Assembly (NCBI GenBank): GCA_902578255.1
Contig: CACHCH010000003.1
Coordinates: 21,091 to 85,090, forward strand
DNA from: an uncultured Pelagibacteraceae bacterium
GTDB lineage: Bacteria; Pseudomonadota; Alphaproteobacteria; Pelagibacterales; Pelagibacteraceae
DNA: 64,000 bases
Direction: 5' to 3'
The position numbers and the translations under genes are program-made. The notes beneath the pieces were generated by a model that saw only the letters and a program-made list of their open reading frames with translations, searched no databases and was not told where the DNA came from. Positions 11,701-22,332 of this stretch are shown here, piece by piece (positions within the stretch are counted from its first letter, which is position 1; the number at the start of each line of letters is the position of its first letter).

Positions 11701-11711
11701 TAAATGCTTAA
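8706..11711 (+). CDS. soxA: Sarcosine oxidase subunit alpha
   Basis: GDTLASAL, GRSFKYHRPRG, KRYTTTGMGTDQGK, GcvT-like C-terminus. Probable ATG at 8706. Confidence 0.95.
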   Translation: MTQNLRVKSSEFIDETNRISFKFDGKTYYGFKGDTLASALIANNVHLVGRSFKYHRPRGIMTSGSEEPNAIVQVNPNSNITEPNARATEIEIYEGLEASSQNCWPSVNFDIGGINNFLAPLFPAGFYYKTFMWPKSFWEKYEFFIRHSAGLGKSPNARDPDIYDHRNIHCDVLVVGAGISGILAAKNAAKNNFKTLLLDEKNELGGSTIFEENENNKINHNSASEWLKKEINELKNIKNLEIKTRTSVAAYHQYNYLLARENLTDHLVKKDKKNKIRQRLLKIRAKKVILATGALERPLIFNNNDRPGIMLSSAIKKYSNFYGVACGTKNIFFTNNDSAYESALSLHNKGIKVEAIIDIRENSDAKIIKKINDAGIKIYWSHTIVDTRGYKRLSGVSIMKLSNDGTSVTGSKISISCNCLGIAGGWTPAVHLYTQSGSKLTFDEERKIFIPKADTKEQISVGSCGGDFELDEIITNLNYKLKNFLNINKTDFEGIALENDHETSRRNIWLLPSDQTIGKTKPFVDYQNDATAKDIKLALREGFRSIEHVKRYTTTGMGTDQGKLGNMHALGIIADIAGVKMGELGTTTFRPPYTPLTFGTIVGRNVGEFFDTFRRTPMNDWHINNKAEFENVGQWKRSWYYPKEDETMHQAVQRESKAARMSAGILDASTLGKIDIQGSDASEFLNRVYTNAWSKLAIGKCRYGLMLNEDGMVYDDGVTTRLDENHYIMTTTTGGAANVLGKLEDYLQTEWPELDVYLTSVTDHFATASLCGPNSKKILNKIIPDLDLSDVNFPHMSFKEVLIDKIKCRIMRISFTGELSYEINAPASYGEAIWQKCIEAGKEFNITPYGTETMHLLRAEKGFIIVGQDTDGTMTPIDLQMDWIVSKKKYDFIGKRSLYRSDTMKEDRKQLIGLLTEDPNIVLEEGAQIVSELNQKPVEMLGHVTSSYFSPNLNKSIALAVVKGGKNMMGRKLFVPMENKNISVTVANTVFYDEKNERLNA

Positions 11712-12267
11712 TTATAAAACAGCAACAAATGAAGAAATTAACTACAATGGTATCGTTGTTAAAGAAATTTCTCCTACAATGAAATTAAATTTAAGAGGTA
11801 AAAAAAGAGAATTTTTTACTAATATAGGTAAAAATTTAAATATGCTTCTTCCAACAGAGGCTAATACCTCAACAATCAGTGATAAATTAACCGCTATTTG
11901 GCTTAGCCCTGATGAATGGATGATAGTTACAAACGATGAGGTGAAAAAAGATACAAATGAATATCAGCTAAATGAAATACTCTTTAATGATATATCAAAA
12001 ATAAATTTAGGTTCCGTAGTTGATGTTACAGACCAATTTGTTCAATTAGAAATCAAAGGGAAAAATATCTACGAAATATTTTCTGCAGGAAGTCCATTCA
12101 ATTTTAGTGAATTTAAAGATAAAAAAGGTTCATCTGTGCAAACAATTTTAAATCATATAGATGTTATAGTTCACAATAAGGGAGATCAAATTGTTAATTT
12201 ATTTGTAAGAAGGTCTTTTGCTCAACATCTTTGGTCCTGGATTAATGACAGTGCTTCAAGATTATAA
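11704..12267 (+). CDS. soxG: Sarcosine oxidase subunit gamma
   Basis: WLSPDEW, VRRSFAQHLWSW; position after soxA. Confidence 0.9.
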   Translation: MLNYKTATNEEINYNGIVVKEISPTMKLNLRGKKREFFTNIGKNLNMLLPTEANTSTISDKLTAIWLSPDEWMIVTNDEVKKDTNEYQLNEILFNDISKINLGSVVDVTDQFVQLEIKGKNIYEIFSAGSPFNFSEFKDKKGSSVQTILNHIDVIVHNKGDQIVNLFVRRSFAQHLWSWINDSASRL

Positions 12268-12269
12268 AT

Positions 12270-12797
12270 TTAATTTTTTCTTCTAAAATCCCATGGCATT
12301 TCAAATTTGCCCTGCCAAATACCAAGTTTATTATTTTTTGCATTCATTTCATCTGAAATGTATTTTTTAGAATACTTTCTATAAGCTACTGCATAACCGT
12401 TTGATACTAACCAAGAATTAAGATTTTGGTTTCTTTTATAACATTCTCCAATAAGCCTATTATATCTATCAACATCCTTTATCTTACATTTTATAACTTG
12501 ATTATTTATTTTTTTTGTTAATTTATTAGTAGAAACTTGTCCGCATAAGTAGCTCTTGGATAACGAAAAAACACTAATTGTTATGTAAGGCTTTTTGCAT
12601 GTTTGTTTTTTTTCTGGAGCATCTATCCCATGTAACCTAATTTTTTTATTACTTATTTTAATTGTATCTCCATCAATAATTTTTGCAAAACCAGTAATTT
12701 CCTTAATTTCTTCTGACTTAACATCATTGTAAGTAAATATAAAAACAACTGAACAAATAATAATCATTATTAAAATTTTTTTTTTGGTAAAAAACAT
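12270..12797 (-). CDS. Thermonuclease (SNase-like) family protein, membrane-anchored or secreted
   Basis: IIDGDTI, IRLHGIDAPE, DRYNRL, GIWQG..EMPWDFR; hydrophobic N-terminus. Confidence 0.9.
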   Translation of the reverse strand: MFFTKKKILIMIIICSVVFIFTYNDVKSEEIKEITGFAKIIDGDTIKISNKKIRLHGIDAPEKKQTCKKPYITISVFSLSKSYLCGQVSTNKLTKKINNQVIKCKIKDVDRYNRLIGECYKRNQNLNSWLVSNGYAVAYRKYSKKYISDEMNAKNNKLGIWQGKFEMPWDFRRKN

Positions 12798-12818
12798 CTT
12801 TAAGTAATTTAAATCAAA

Positions 12819-14156
12819 TTATGTGATGACTAATTTATTTTTTATATAATATTTAACGTAAAAGAATAAAATAATTGATATCGACCATTGAAATGTGGCC
12901 CAAATGTAAAAAAATGTTTTAAAATCTGCATTAATATATCTTGCAATATGAAATGACAATATGGGTACTATAACGTTTCTTATAATATTATTTAACATGG
13001 CTTTTTCTGATTTTTTTAAAGCCATAAAAAAGCCATTTGAAAGAAAGAAAATTGGATATGCTGGTAAGATGAAGGCTGATATTTTTAAGTACATAGAACC
13101 ATATGCGATTACTTCAGAATTAGAGGAGAAAAATTTTGGAACAATGTCAGCACTTAAATATACAAGAACACCTGAGAATAACATTAAATACAAACCGTAT
13201 TTTACTGATGTAAAATATGATTGTTCAACTCGCTTATAATATTTAGCTCCAATATTTTGAGCAATTATAGAAATAATTGCTGTATTTATTCCTAAAATAG
13301 GAAGTAAAACAACCTGTTCAATTCTAGTTGCAGACCCATAACCTGCTACTGCATATTCGCTAGAAAAACCAACATAAGTAAAAACAATAGCAGCAGCCAC
13401 TGAGTATCCTAAAATAGCAACTGTTATTGGCATAGATTGAAAGAAAATATTTTTTAGAAAAAAGTATTTTACTTTAAAATAACTAAAAGTAATTTTCTTT
13501 ATTCTTTCATTAGTTAGAATTTTTCTAAGTACAATTAAAAGAGAAACAAATTGAGCAATTAGCGTTGCTACACCAATCCCTGATATTCCTAAAGCTGGTA
13601 TAAATAAATAACCAAAAATAAAAATAGGATTTAAGATTATATTCAGAAAAAAGGATAAAATTAGAGCATTTCTATATGTTACTGTGTCTCCTTCTGCATG
13701 TAAAAAAGAATTTAGTGCTACAACTAAAATAAACAATATTGTACCCAAGAAAATTATATTTATATATTTTAGACCTAGACTGGTAACTTCTGTCGTTGAA
13801 TTCATTAATAGAAATACTTTTTCACCAAATGTAAAACCAAGTATAGATACGATTAACGAAATAATTATTGCATAGAAAATAACGTTTACAAAATAACCTA
13901 AAACATTTTTTTCATTTTTCTCTCCAATACTGCTACCAATCAAAGACGTACCAGCTACTGTAACACCGATAGATGTAGCAATTATTATGAAAAAAATTGG
14001 AAATGACTTACTTAATGCAGAAAGCGCCTCAGGAGATATTTTTCCAGCATAAAAGGTATCAACTATTGTATACAGGGTTTGAAAAAGAGTTCCTATACTA
14101 GCTGGTATTGCAAGCTTTCTGACTAAAGTTGAAACCTCATCTTTTAATAAATTCAT
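12819..14156 (-). CDS. MATE family efflux transporter
   Basis: LAIPA..VDTFYAG, ILNPIFIFG..PALGISG; highly hydrophobic 445 aa. Confidence 0.9.
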   Translation of the reverse strand: MNLLKDEVSTLVRKLAIPASIGTLFQTLYTIVDTFYAGKISPEALSALSKSFPIFFIIIATSIGVTVAGTSLIGSSIGEKNEKNVLGYFVNVIFYAIIISLIVSILGFTFGEKVFLLMNSTTEVTSLGLKYINIIFLGTILFILVVALNSFLHAEGDTVTYRNALILSFFLNIILNPIFIFGYLFIPALGISGIGVATLIAQFVSLLIVLRKILTNERIKKITFSYFKVKYFFLKNIFFQSMPITVAILGYSVAAAIVFTYVGFSSEYAVAGYGSATRIEQVVLLPILGINTAIISIIAQNIGAKYYKRVEQSYFTSVKYGLYLMLFSGVLVYLSADIVPKFFSSNSEVIAYGSMYLKISAFILPAYPIFFLSNGFFMALKKSEKAMLNNIIRNVIVPILSFHIARYINADFKTFFYIWATFQWSISIILFFYVKYYIKNKLVIT

Positions 14157-14174
14157 CTAGTTTGTTAAATGTTA

Positions 14175-15080
14175 TTAATATTCTTTTTGGAAGATATGTC
14201 TTTTTCCAACTTTTTTAGCAAGGTTAATTTGCTTTTGTCTCATTCTAAATCTTGTTTTTTGTTGAACTGTTAATTTATCGTGACAATTTGGACATGAAAC
14301 GCCTTCCTCATATTTTTTTGAATTTTTAATATGTGGAGAAATTGGTTTTCTGCAACCACTACAAATTGAATAAGAACCAGATTTTAGACCATGTTTTAAA
14401 CTAACTCTGTTATCAAAAACAAAACATTCACCTTTCCATAAACTTTTTTTTTGATTTGTCTTTTTTAAATAATTCAAAATACCACCTTTTAATTGATACA
14501 CATTACTAAAACCTTTTTTTTCTAAATAAACTGAAGCTTTTTCACAACGAATTCCACCAGTACAAAACATTGCGATAGATTGATTTTTTTTAAGATTTTT
14601 TAAATATTTTGGGAAATCCCTAAAATTATCAATATTTGGATTCGTAGAACCTTTAAAAGTACCAATATCATATTCAAATGGTTTTCTAGCATCAATAACA
14701 AGTGTTTTTTTATTCCTTATTAATTTATTCCATTTGTTTGGTTCTACATGACTGTCTTTTTTTTTGATCATTTGACTAAGTTTTAAGTTCATAGGAACAA
14801 CTTCAGTCTTAATTTTCACTCTAGGTTTATGAAACGGGAGAAACAAACTTTTTGATTTATTGAAACTATTAAAATCTTTAAATTTTAAAATTTTTTTTAA
14901 CTTATTAATAGTAGTTTTAATATCTGGTTCTTTACCAGAGATAGTACCATTTACACCTTCTTTTGAAATTATTATTGTTCCTCGAATATTATTTTTTATT
15001 AAAACTTCATTTATCAATCTCTTATTTTTTTTTAAATACTTAATATTTAAAAACCTATAAAAACCAAATACTTCGTACAT
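14175..15080 (-). CDS. trhO: Rhodanese-domain tRNA uridine(34) hydroxylase (YceA family)
   Basis: GTIIISKEGVNGT, MFCTGGIRCEKAS, LKGGILNY, WKGECFVFDNRV motifs. Confidence 0.85.
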   Translation of the reverse strand: MYEVFGFYRFLNIKYLKKNKRLINEVLIKNNIRGTIIISKEGVNGTISGKEPDIKTTINKLKKILKFKDFNSFNKSKSLFLPFHKPRVKIKTEVVPMNLKLSQMIKKKDSHVEPNKWNKLIRNKKTLVIDARKPFEYDIGTFKGSTNPNIDNFRDFPKYLKNLKKNQSIAMFCTGGIRCEKASVYLEKKGFSNVYQLKGGILNYLKKTNQKKSLWKGECFVFDNRVSLKHGLKSGSYSICSGCRKPISPHIKNSKKYEEGVSCPNCHDKLTVQQKTRFRMRQKQINLAKKVGKRHIFQKEY

Positions 15081-15727
15081 TACAATTTCCTACATATAGT
15101 CATTCCATCCCCTAGAGGAATTATGGTTTTCTCTACTCTTTTATCGTTAGAGACAAACTCGTTAAAGTTTTTAATGGTTTTAGTAATTTTGTCATGTTCG
15201 TTTTTCTTTGCCACTTCTCCATACCAAAGGACATTATCAATTATAATTAAGCCACCTGTCTCAAGCAAACTCAATGATCTTTCATAGTATTCTTTATAGT
15301 TACCTTTATCGGCATCTATGAATATGAGTTCAAATTTTTCTTTAATTTCGACCAGACTCTCTAAAGCTGGTTTAATTAATGTTGTAATTTTATGATCTTG
15401 TTTTGCTTTTTTAAAAAAATTAATAGCTACTTTATTTGTTTGCTCATTTTTATCTAAAGCAATTATTTTACCATCATCAGGTAACGCTAGTGACATAGAT
15501 AAAGTACTTAAACCTGTAAATGTGCCGATTTCTAATACTTTTTTTATGTTAGAAACTTTAATAATTAGATGAAGTAACTGAGTTTGTGAGATTGATATCT
15601 GCATTTTTTTTATGTCACCAAGTGATGTGTTGTAATCAATTATTTCTTTTTGGACTGGGTGAAGATTATGTCCATGTTCTAAAATATAATCTTGCAGCTC
15701 TTGTGTAATATTAAGGTCTGAACCCAT
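15080..15727 (-). CDS. SAM-dependent O-methyltransferase (caffeoyl-CoA OMT / Methyltransf_3 family)
   Basis: VLEIGTFTGLS, IFIDADK, IIDNVLWYG, PLGDG motifs. Confidence 0.88.
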   Translation of the reverse strand: MGSDLNITQELQDYILEHGHNLHPVQKEIIDYNTSLGDIKKMQISISQTQLLHLIIKVSNIKKVLEIGTFTGLSTLSMSLALPDDGKIIALDKNEQTNKVAINFFKKAKQDHKITTLIKPALESLVEIKEKFELIFIDADKGNYKEYYERSLSLLETGGLIIIDNVLWYGEVAKKNEHDKITKTIKNFNEFVSNDKRVEKTIIPLGDGMTICRKL

Positions 15728-15732
15728 AAACT

Positions 15733-17196
15733 TTAAAGTTTCTTCTTTAAAATCTCATTTACTAATTGAGGGTTGGCTTTTCCACCTGATACTTTCATTA
15801 CTTGTCCAACAAAAAAACCAAATAATTTTACTTTACCTGATTTGTATTCAGTGGCTTTTTCTCGGTTATCATCAATAACTTTATCAATTAGTGTTTCTAG
15901 GGCTTTAGGATCACTTTCTTGTTTTAATCCTTTTTCTTCGACTATTTTTTTTGGATCTTTGTCCCCTTCCATCATGTGTTCAAAAACAGTTTTAGCTATT
16001 TTCCCAGAAATAGTTCCATCTTTAATTAAATTTATTAATTTTGATAAATTACCTGCACTTATCGGGCTTTCAGTGATTTCTAGATTCTTTTCATTTAAAG
16101 CAGCAAACAACTCACCAATTATCCAGTTAGTAGCAAGTTTCACATCAGATTTTTTTATCACATTTTCAAAATAATTAGAGGTTTCATTATCTGAAACTAA
16201 AATGGTTGCCTCATAAGGAGATACTTTGAATTTTTCAATAAATCTTTTTTTCTTTTCATCAGGTAACTCTGGAATTTCTAATTTTAACTTTTCAATAAAA
16301 TCATCTGAAATCTCTAGAGGCAAAAGGTCTGGATCAGGAAAATATCTATAGTCATGTGCATCTTCTTTTGATCGCATTGATCTTGTCTCATTTTTTTTAG
16401 TATCAAAAAGTCTAGTCTCTTGATCAATAGATTGACCTTCTTCTAGAAGATCTACTTGTCTATTTGCTTCGTATTCAATTGCCATTTGCATAAATTTTAT
16501 TGAATTTACATTTTTAATTTCACATCTTGTTCCAAATTCTTTGGTGCCTTTTTTTCTTACAGAAATATTTACATCAGCTCTTAGTGAACCTTCTTGCATG
16601 TTTCCATCACAAGTTCCAAGATATCTCATTATTGATCTTAATTTTTTTACGTAAGCGTTTACTTCATCAGGGGATCTTAAATCTGGTTTACTAACAATTT
16701 CCATCAAGGCAACACCTGATCTATTTAGATCTACAAATGTATTTTTTGGATCCAAATCATGTATACTTTTACCTGCGTCTTGCTCTAAGTGTAATCTTTC
16801 AATACCAACCTCTTTTTGACCATCTGGCATATCTAATATAACTTTACCTTCACCAACAATTGGATCTTTAAATTGTGATATTTGATATCCTTGTGGAAGA
16901 TCTGCGTAAAAATAATTTTTTCTATCAAAAACAGAACGTTTATTAATTTTAGCTTTAAGTCCTATACCGGTTTTTATTGCTTGTTTTACACAAAATTCAT
17001 TTATTACTGGTAGCATGCCTGGAAAAGCTGCATCTACTAAACTTACTTGAGTATTAGGTTCTGCACCAAATTTTGTTGATGATGTTGAAAATAACTTTGA
17101 TTTTGAAGTAACTTGCGCGTGAACCTCTAAGCCAATTACAACCTCGTACTGATTATCTTTTCTGTTGATTAGATAATCTGATTTATCTTTACTCAT
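15733..17196 (-). CDS. gatB: Asp/Glu-tRNA amidotransferase subunit B
   Basis: [39 protein letters not shown]. Confidence 0.97.
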   Translation of the reverse strand: MSKDKSDYLINRKDNQYEVVIGLEVHAQVTSKSKLFSTSSTKFGAEPNTQVSLVDAAFPGMLPVINEFCVKQAIKTGIGLKAKINKRSVFDRKNYFYADLPQGYQISQFKDPIVGEGKVILDMPDGQKEVGIERLHLEQDAGKSIHDLDPKNTFVDLNRSGVALMEIVSKPDLRSPDEVNAYVKKLRSIMRYLGTCDGNMQEGSLRADVNISVRKKGTKEFGTRCEIKNVNSIKFMQMAIEYEANRQVDLLEEGQSIDQETRLFDTKKNETRSMRSKEDAHDYRYFPDPDLLPLEISDDFIEKLKLEIPELPDEKKKRFIEKFKVSPYEATILVSDNETSNYFENVIKKSDVKLATNWIIGELFAALNEKNLEITESPISAGNLSKLINLIKDGTISGKIAKTVFEHMMEGDKDPKKIVEEKGLKQESDPKALETLIDKVIDDNREKATEYKSGKVKLFGFFVGQVMKVSGGKANPQLVNEILKKKL

Positions 17197-18650
17197 TTAA
17201 TCCACCAATCAGTAATTTTATTTTTAAAATTTATCTTTTCTTCCATTGCATAAGCAATATTTAATATGTTTTGCTCATCAAATGCTTTACCAATTATTTG
17301 TAAACCTAAAGGATAACCCTTTGCATCATGACCAGCTGGTATAGAAATTCCAGGCAAACCTGCTAAATTTACTGGAACTGTAAAAATATCGTTCAAATAC
17401 ATAGATACAGGATCGTTTGTTTTTTCACCAATTTTAAATGCTGAACTTGGAGTTGATGGAGTTAATATAGCATCTACCTTCTTATAAGCTTCATCAAAAT
17501 CATTTTTAATAAGCTTTCTTACTTTTTGAGCCTTAAGATAATATGCATCGTAATATCCTGATGATAAAACATAAGTCCCTATCATTATTCTTCTTTGAAC
17601 TTCTGCTCCAAAACCTTCGGATCTAGTTTTCTCATACATATCTATCAAATTTTCTCCAGTAGCTCTAAATCCATATTTAACACCATCATATCGCGCAAGG
17701 TTAGATGAAGCTTCAGCAGGTGCTACAATATAATAAGTGGGTAAAGCATAATTAGTGTGAGGTAGTGAAATATCTATAATTTCTGCACCACAATCTTTTA
17801 CATAATCAATACCTTTCTTCCAAAGATCTTCTATTTCTTTAGGCATGCCATCTACTCTATATTCTTTAGGAATACCTATTTTTTTCCCTTTGATATTATT
17901 GGTTAATTCTTTGCTGTAATTATTTCTTTTAAAATCAATAGAAGTAGAATCTTTTTCATCATAAGAACTAATAACCTCATGTAATAATGCACAATCTTTA
18001 ACGTTTTGAGCCATTGGTCCAGCTTGATCTAATGAAGACGCAAATGCTACAATTCCATATCTTGAACAACTTCCGTAGGTTGGCTTTAGCCCTACAGTCC
18101 CTGTAAAAGATGCTGGTTGCCTAATCGAGCCACCAGTGTCTGTGCCTATAGTGATTGGTGTTAATTGTGCTGCAACAGCTGAAGAGGAACCACCAGAAGA
18201 ACCTCCAGGTACTAAATCTTTATCTATTGGATTTTGAACACTGCCAAAATAACTTGTTTCATTTGATGATCCCATAGCAAATTCATCACAATTTAATTTA
18301 CCAAGCAATATAGCTCCTTCATTCCAAATATTTTGAGTAACTGTAGACTCATATGGTGGAATAAAGTTATTTAGAATTTTACTACCTGCTGTAGTTTTTA
18401 CATTTTTTGTACAAAATAAATCTTTAACAGCCATTGGTATTCCAGGTAATTTTAAATCTAAATTAGGGTTTTCATCAAATTTTTTTGCTTTATCAATTGC
18501 AACTGAAAAATCTTCTGTTACATATACATTTAATTTTTTTGATTTTTCAGATCTTTCTATAAATGCTTTTGTTACCTCTGTAGAAGAAATTTTTTTCTCT
18601 TTAATATTTTTAATTAATTCTGAAAGAGATTGCTTTGTAATATCTGACAT
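17193..18650 (-). CDS. gatA: Asp/Glu-tRNA amidotransferase subunit A
   Basis: Amidase signature [28 protein letters not shown]. Confidence 0.97.
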   Translation of the reverse strand: MSDITKQSLSELIKNIKEKKISSTEVTKAFIERSEKSKKLNVYVTEDFSVAIDKAKKFDENPNLDLKLPGIPMAVKDLFCTKNVKTTAGSKILNNFIPPYESTVTQNIWNEGAILLGKLNCDEFAMGSSNETSYFGSVQNPIDKDLVPGGSSGGSSSAVAAQLTPITIGTDTGGSIRQPASFTGTVGLKPTYGSCSRYGIVAFASSLDQAGPMAQNVKDCALLHEVISSYDEKDSTSIDFKRNNYSKELTNNIKGKKIGIPKEYRVDGMPKEIEDLWKKGIDYVKDCGAEIIDISLPHTNYALPTYYIVAPAEASSNLARYDGVKYGFRATGENLIDMYEKTRSEGFGAEVQRRIMIGTYVLSSGYYDAYYLKAQKVRKLIKNDFDEAYKKVDAILTPSTPSSAFKIGEKTNDPVSMYLNDIFTVPVNLAGLPGISIPAGHDAKGYPLGLQIIGKAFDEQNILNIAYAMEEKINFKNKITDWWIK

Positions 18651-18937
18651 TATTCAATCACCTTTGGTACTACAAAATAATCCTCATTTTCTTGAGGTGA
18701 ATTTTTAATTATTTGTTCTCTTTTATCTTTACTTTTTACTTCATCTGATCTCAGTTTAAGTGTTGTTTCAGCGACAGAAGTAAGAGGTTCAACATTCTCT
18801 GTCTTTAATTCATTAAGTTTCTCAATAAATTCAAAAATAGAATTTAAATCATCAGCAAGTTTCTCTGCCTTTTTTTCATCAACAGAAATTCTTGATAATT
18901 TAGATATGTGCTTTATTGTTTTAAGATTGATGCTCAT
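18650..18937 (-). CDS. gatC: Asp/Glu-tRNA amidotransferase subunit C
   Basis: ISKLSRI...VEPLTSV...YFVVPKVIE. Probable ATG at 18937. Confidence 0.93.
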   Translation of the reverse strand: MSINLKTIKHISKLSRISVDEKKAEKLADDLNSIFEFIEKLNELKTENVEPLTSVAETTLKLRSDEVKSKDKREQIIKNSPQENEDYFVVPKVIE

Positions 18938-18987
18938 ATGATAATTAAATATGACGCAAACTATCACTTAAGTTATAATTATACAAT

Positions 18988-19443
18988 ATGATCACTATAG
19001 AAGAGCTAAAAAAAAAACAGTCAGAAACATGTAGATTAATTGGTTTAGATCTTGGCTCTAAAAGAATTGGTGTTTCAATCTGCGATGAAAAACAATCTAT
19101 CGCTACACCCTTAAAAACCTTAAATAAAATAAGTGCAAAAAGTTTAATAAGTGAACTAAAAATCATCATTGAGGAAAATAATATAAAAGGAATAATAATA
19201 GGTTTACCCTTAAATATGGATGGAACTTTAGGTAGATCTGCTCAGTCAGTGAATGATGTTTCAAAAAATATTGATAAAGCTTTAGATATTGATGTTTGTC
19301 TATGGGATGAAAGACTTTCAACAGTAGGTGCTTTTAATTTATCCAGTCAACTGGATATAAATGTATCTAAAAGAGAAAAAAATATAGATCAGAATGCTGC
19401 AGCATTCATTCTTCAAGGGGCAATAGATTTTTTGAATAATTAA
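18988..19443 (+). CDS. ruvX: YqgF/RuvX family pre-16S rRNA nuclease
   Basis: GLDLGSKRIG, IGLPLNMDG, WDERLST, AAAFILQ. Confidence 0.92.
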   Translation: MITIEELKKKQSETCRLIGLDLGSKRIGVSICDEKQSIATPLKTLNKISAKSLISELKIIIEENNIKGIIIGLPLNMDGTLGRSAQSVNDVSKNIDKALDIDVCLWDERLSTVGAFNLSSQLDINVSKREKNIDQNAAAFILQGAIDFLNN

Positions 19444-19485
19444 TACTTGCCAAGTAACTATATTATAGCTATAGAGTTAATTTTA

Positions 19486-20427
19486 ATGGCATCAAAAACC
19501 TCTAAAGCTGTTAAAATATCCCAAAAACATTTGTTAGGTATTCAAGATTTGTCAATAAATGATGTAAATATCATTCTTAACGAAGCTCAAACATTTATAT
19601 CAATAAACCGGAGTAAGAATAAAAAAATTGATGTTTTAAGTGGAAAAACTCAAATAAATCTTTTTTTTGAACCATCAACCAGAACTCAAAGTTCATTTGA
19701 ATTGGCAGGAAAAAGATTGGGAGCTGACGTCATGTCAATGAATATGGGAAATTCAGCAATAAAAAAAGGTGAAACTTTAATTGATACAGCCATGACCTTA
19801 AATGCAATGCATCCAGATATTATTGTGATTAGACATCAAGACTCAGGAGCCTGCAACCTTCTTTCCCAAAAAGTTAATTGTGTAGTATTGAATGCTGGAG
19901 ATGGACGAAGAGAACACCCCACTCAAGCTTTACTTGATGCTTTAACGATAATTAATCGAAAAGATAAAATTCAAGGATTAAAAATTGCAATATGTGGAGA
20001 TATTTTACACTCACGTGTAGCGAGATCAAATATTTACTTGTTAACTATGCTTGGTGCTGAAGTAAATTTAGTTGCACCTACAAATCTAATGCCAAAAGAA
20101 ATAGAAAAATTTGGGGTTAATATTTTTACTGATATGAAAAAAGGGCTCAAAGATTGTGACATTGTAATGATGTTAAGATTACAAAACGAAAGAATGACGA
20201 GTTCTTTCTTATCATCTAACAGAGAATATTATGAATACTATGGATTGACACCTGACAAACTAGATCATGCTAAGCCTGATGCATTAATTATGCATCCTGG
20301 ACCGATGAATAGAGGAATTGAAATTGATACCAGATTAGCTGACGACATTAACAAGAGTGTAATTAAAGAACAGGTCGAGCTTGGAGTTGCAGTAAGAATG
20401 GCATGCTTAAAAATATTTTGTGAATAA
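19486..20427 (+). CDS. pyrB: Aspartate carbamoyltransferase catalytic subunit
   Basis: [25 protein letters not shown]. Probable ATG at 19486. Confidence 0.96.
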   Translation: MASKTSKAVKISQKHLLGIQDLSINDVNIILNEAQTFISINRSKNKKIDVLSGKTQINLFFEPSTRTQSSFELAGKRLGADVMSMNMGNSAIKKGETLIDTAMTLNAMHPDIIVIRHQDSGACNLLSQKVNCVVLNAGDGRREHPTQALLDALTIINRKDKIQGLKIAICGDILHSRVARSNIYLLTMLGAEVNLVAPTNLMPKEIEKFGVNIFTDMKKGLKDCDIVMMLRLQNERMTSSFLSSNREYYEYYGLTPDKLDHAKPDALIMHPGPMNRGIEIDTRLADDINKSVIKEQVELGVAVRMACLKIFCE

Positions 20428-21714
20428 ATGAAAAAACAATACTTTATAAACGCTAATATTTTAGATCCACATAATTCTTTAAATGAAAATGGTGGATTAA
20501 TAATTGACGAGTTAGGAAAAATTGAGGCTATTGGTAAAAAAGTAAATGTCAATAATCTTCCCTCAAGAGAAAAACCCATTGATTTAAAAGGAAAATACAT
20601 TTTCCCTGGTATTGTGGATATGAGAGTATTTGTTGGTGAGCCAGGTTTTGAATATAAAGAAAATTTTAGAACATTAAGTAATGCAGCTTTATCTGGGGGA
20701 GTAACCTCTGTCGTGACTATGCCAAATACAGATCCAATTATAGATAATGTCTCTATTGTTGATTTTTTAAAAAGAAGAGGAAGAGATAAATCTAAAATAA
20801 ATATATTCCCATGCGCATCAATGACCCAAAATACTGAAGGCACAAACATGACTGAATTTGGTCTTCTGGCCAAAAAAGGAATTATTGCGTTTACAGACGG
20901 TGTCAGAACAATTCAAAATACCAGGCTAATGTCTAGAATTATGAATGCTGCTAAGGACTTAGGTTGTTTAATTATGCAGCATGCCGAAGATTTTCACCTA
21001 TCAGAAAACGGCATGATTAATTCTGGGATAATTGCCTCAAAGCTTGGCCTATCTGGAATACCAGATGTTGCTGAAAGAATTATTATTGAAAGAGATCTTA
21101 CATTACTTGAAAAAATTAAGTGCAGATATCATATCTCACAAATTTCTTCTTCAAAATCAGTAGATATAATTAAACAAAGAAAAGATGAGGTAAAATTCAC
21201 ATCTGGAGTTTCAATAAATAACTTGTCTTTGAATGAAAATGACATCGGTGATTTTAAAACCTTTTTAAAATTATCACCACCTCTTAGAAAAGAGGAAGAT
21301 AGAGAAGTATTGGTACAAGGATTGAAAGACGGAGTAATTGATATAATTGTTTCTGATCACAAACCAGAAGATGAAGAGTCTAAACGATTAACATTTTCTC
21401 AAGCCGCAACTGGCGCATCAGGTATAGAAACACTATTATCATTAAGCTTGGAACTTTACCATAATGGATCAATAAAACTTGAAACTATAATTCGGGCATT
21501 AACTTCAAATCCAGCAAAAATATTAAATATAAATAAAGGGAACTTGTCCATTGGAAATGATGCAGATTTTTGTATTGTTGATATAGACAAACCATGGGTT
21601 GTTAAAAAAGAAAATTTAATCTCTAAGTCAAAAAATACTTCGATAGAGGACAAAAAATTACAAGGAAAAGTAACCAATACGTTTGTAAAAGGTCAGGAAT
21701 TATTTAAAGTATAA
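20428..21714 (+). CDS. pyrC: Dihydroorotase-family protein, probably the catalytically inactive PyrC' type
   Basis: GGVTSVVTMPNT, KLSPPLR, SDHKP; the metal-binding HxH position reads DMRVF. Confidence 0.85.
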   Translation: MKKQYFINANILDPHNSLNENGGLIIDELGKIEAIGKKVNVNNLPSREKPIDLKGKYIFPGIVDMRVFVGEPGFEYKENFRTLSNAALSGGVTSVVTMPNTDPIIDNVSIVDFLKRRGRDKSKINIFPCASMTQNTEGTNMTEFGLLAKKGIIAFTDGVRTIQNTRLMSRIMNAAKDLGCLIMQHAEDFHLSENGMINSGIIASKLGLSGIPDVAERIIIERDLTLLEKIKCRYHISQISSSKSVDIIKQRKDEVKFTSGVSINNLSLNENDIGDFKTFLKLSPPLRKEEDREVLVQGLKDGVIDIIVSDHKPEDEESKRLTFSQAATGASGIETLLSLSLELYHNGSIKLETIIRALTSNPAKILNINKGNLSIGNDADFCIVDIDKPWVVKKENLISKSKNTSIEDKKLQGKVTNTFVKGQELFKV

Positions 21715-21716
21715 AA

Positions 21717-22295
21717 ATGGAATATTTAACAATAGGTATAATATCATACCTAATGGGCTCTATACCTTTTGGATTTATATTAACAAAAATTTTTTTAAAA
21801 AAAGATATACGAGAAATTGGGTCTGGAAATATTGGAGCAACAAATGCGTTGAGAACAGGTAATAATTTTATAGGTTATTCTACACTTTTACTGGATGTTC
21901 TTAAAGCTGTGCTTCCTGTAATATATGTTAAATTAAATTATCCAGAATTAATTTATATTGCATCTCTTTGTGCTTTTTTGGGTCATGTTTTTCCAATTTG
22001 GTTAAAATTTAAAGGTGGCAAAGGTGTAGCCACATATGTTGGAATATTATTTGCTATAAATATTTTTTTAGGTTCGATTTTTTGTGTCTCTTGGTTAATA
22101 ATTTTTTTAGTATCAAGGTACTCATCTTTATCATCACTAATTGGATCACTGACAATTCCTGTATATATTTTTTTGAATGATCAGATAAGTAATGCTATTT
22201 TTTTTGGAATTATGTTTGTTTTAATATTTTATACTCACAGAGAAAATATCAAACGATTGAAGAATAAAGAAGAAAGTAAGACAAAAATTTATTAA
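21717..22295 (+). CDS. plsY: Glycerol-3-phosphate acyltransferase
   Basis: YLMGSIPFG, GSGNIGATN, FKGGKGVAT, HRENIKRL. Confidence 0.95.
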   Translation: MEYLTIGIISYLMGSIPFGFILTKIFLKKDIREIGSGNIGATNALRTGNNFIGYSTLLLDVLKAVLPVIYVKLNYPELIYIASLCAFLGHVFPIWLKFKGGKGVATYVGILFAINIFLGSIFCVSWLIIFLVSRYSSLSSLIGSLTIPVYIFLNDQISNAIFFGIMFVLIFYTHRENIKRLKNKEESKTKIY

Positions 22296-22296
22296 A

Positions 22297-22324
22297 TTGA
22301 CTATCAACTACATTTAAGTAGTTT
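22297..22324 (+). promoter_or_regulatory. Candidate sigma70 promoter for topA
   Basis: TTGACT-N16-TAGTTT just upstream of the topA ATG. Confidence 0.4.
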
Positions 22325-22332
22325 GTTAAATT

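Noticed and set aside
20265-20873. 202-aa minus-strand ORF, and similar antisense ORFs across ribosomal, rpo and tuf genes
   Set aside because: Fully opposite well-conserved genes with no recognisable motifs; expected shadow frames
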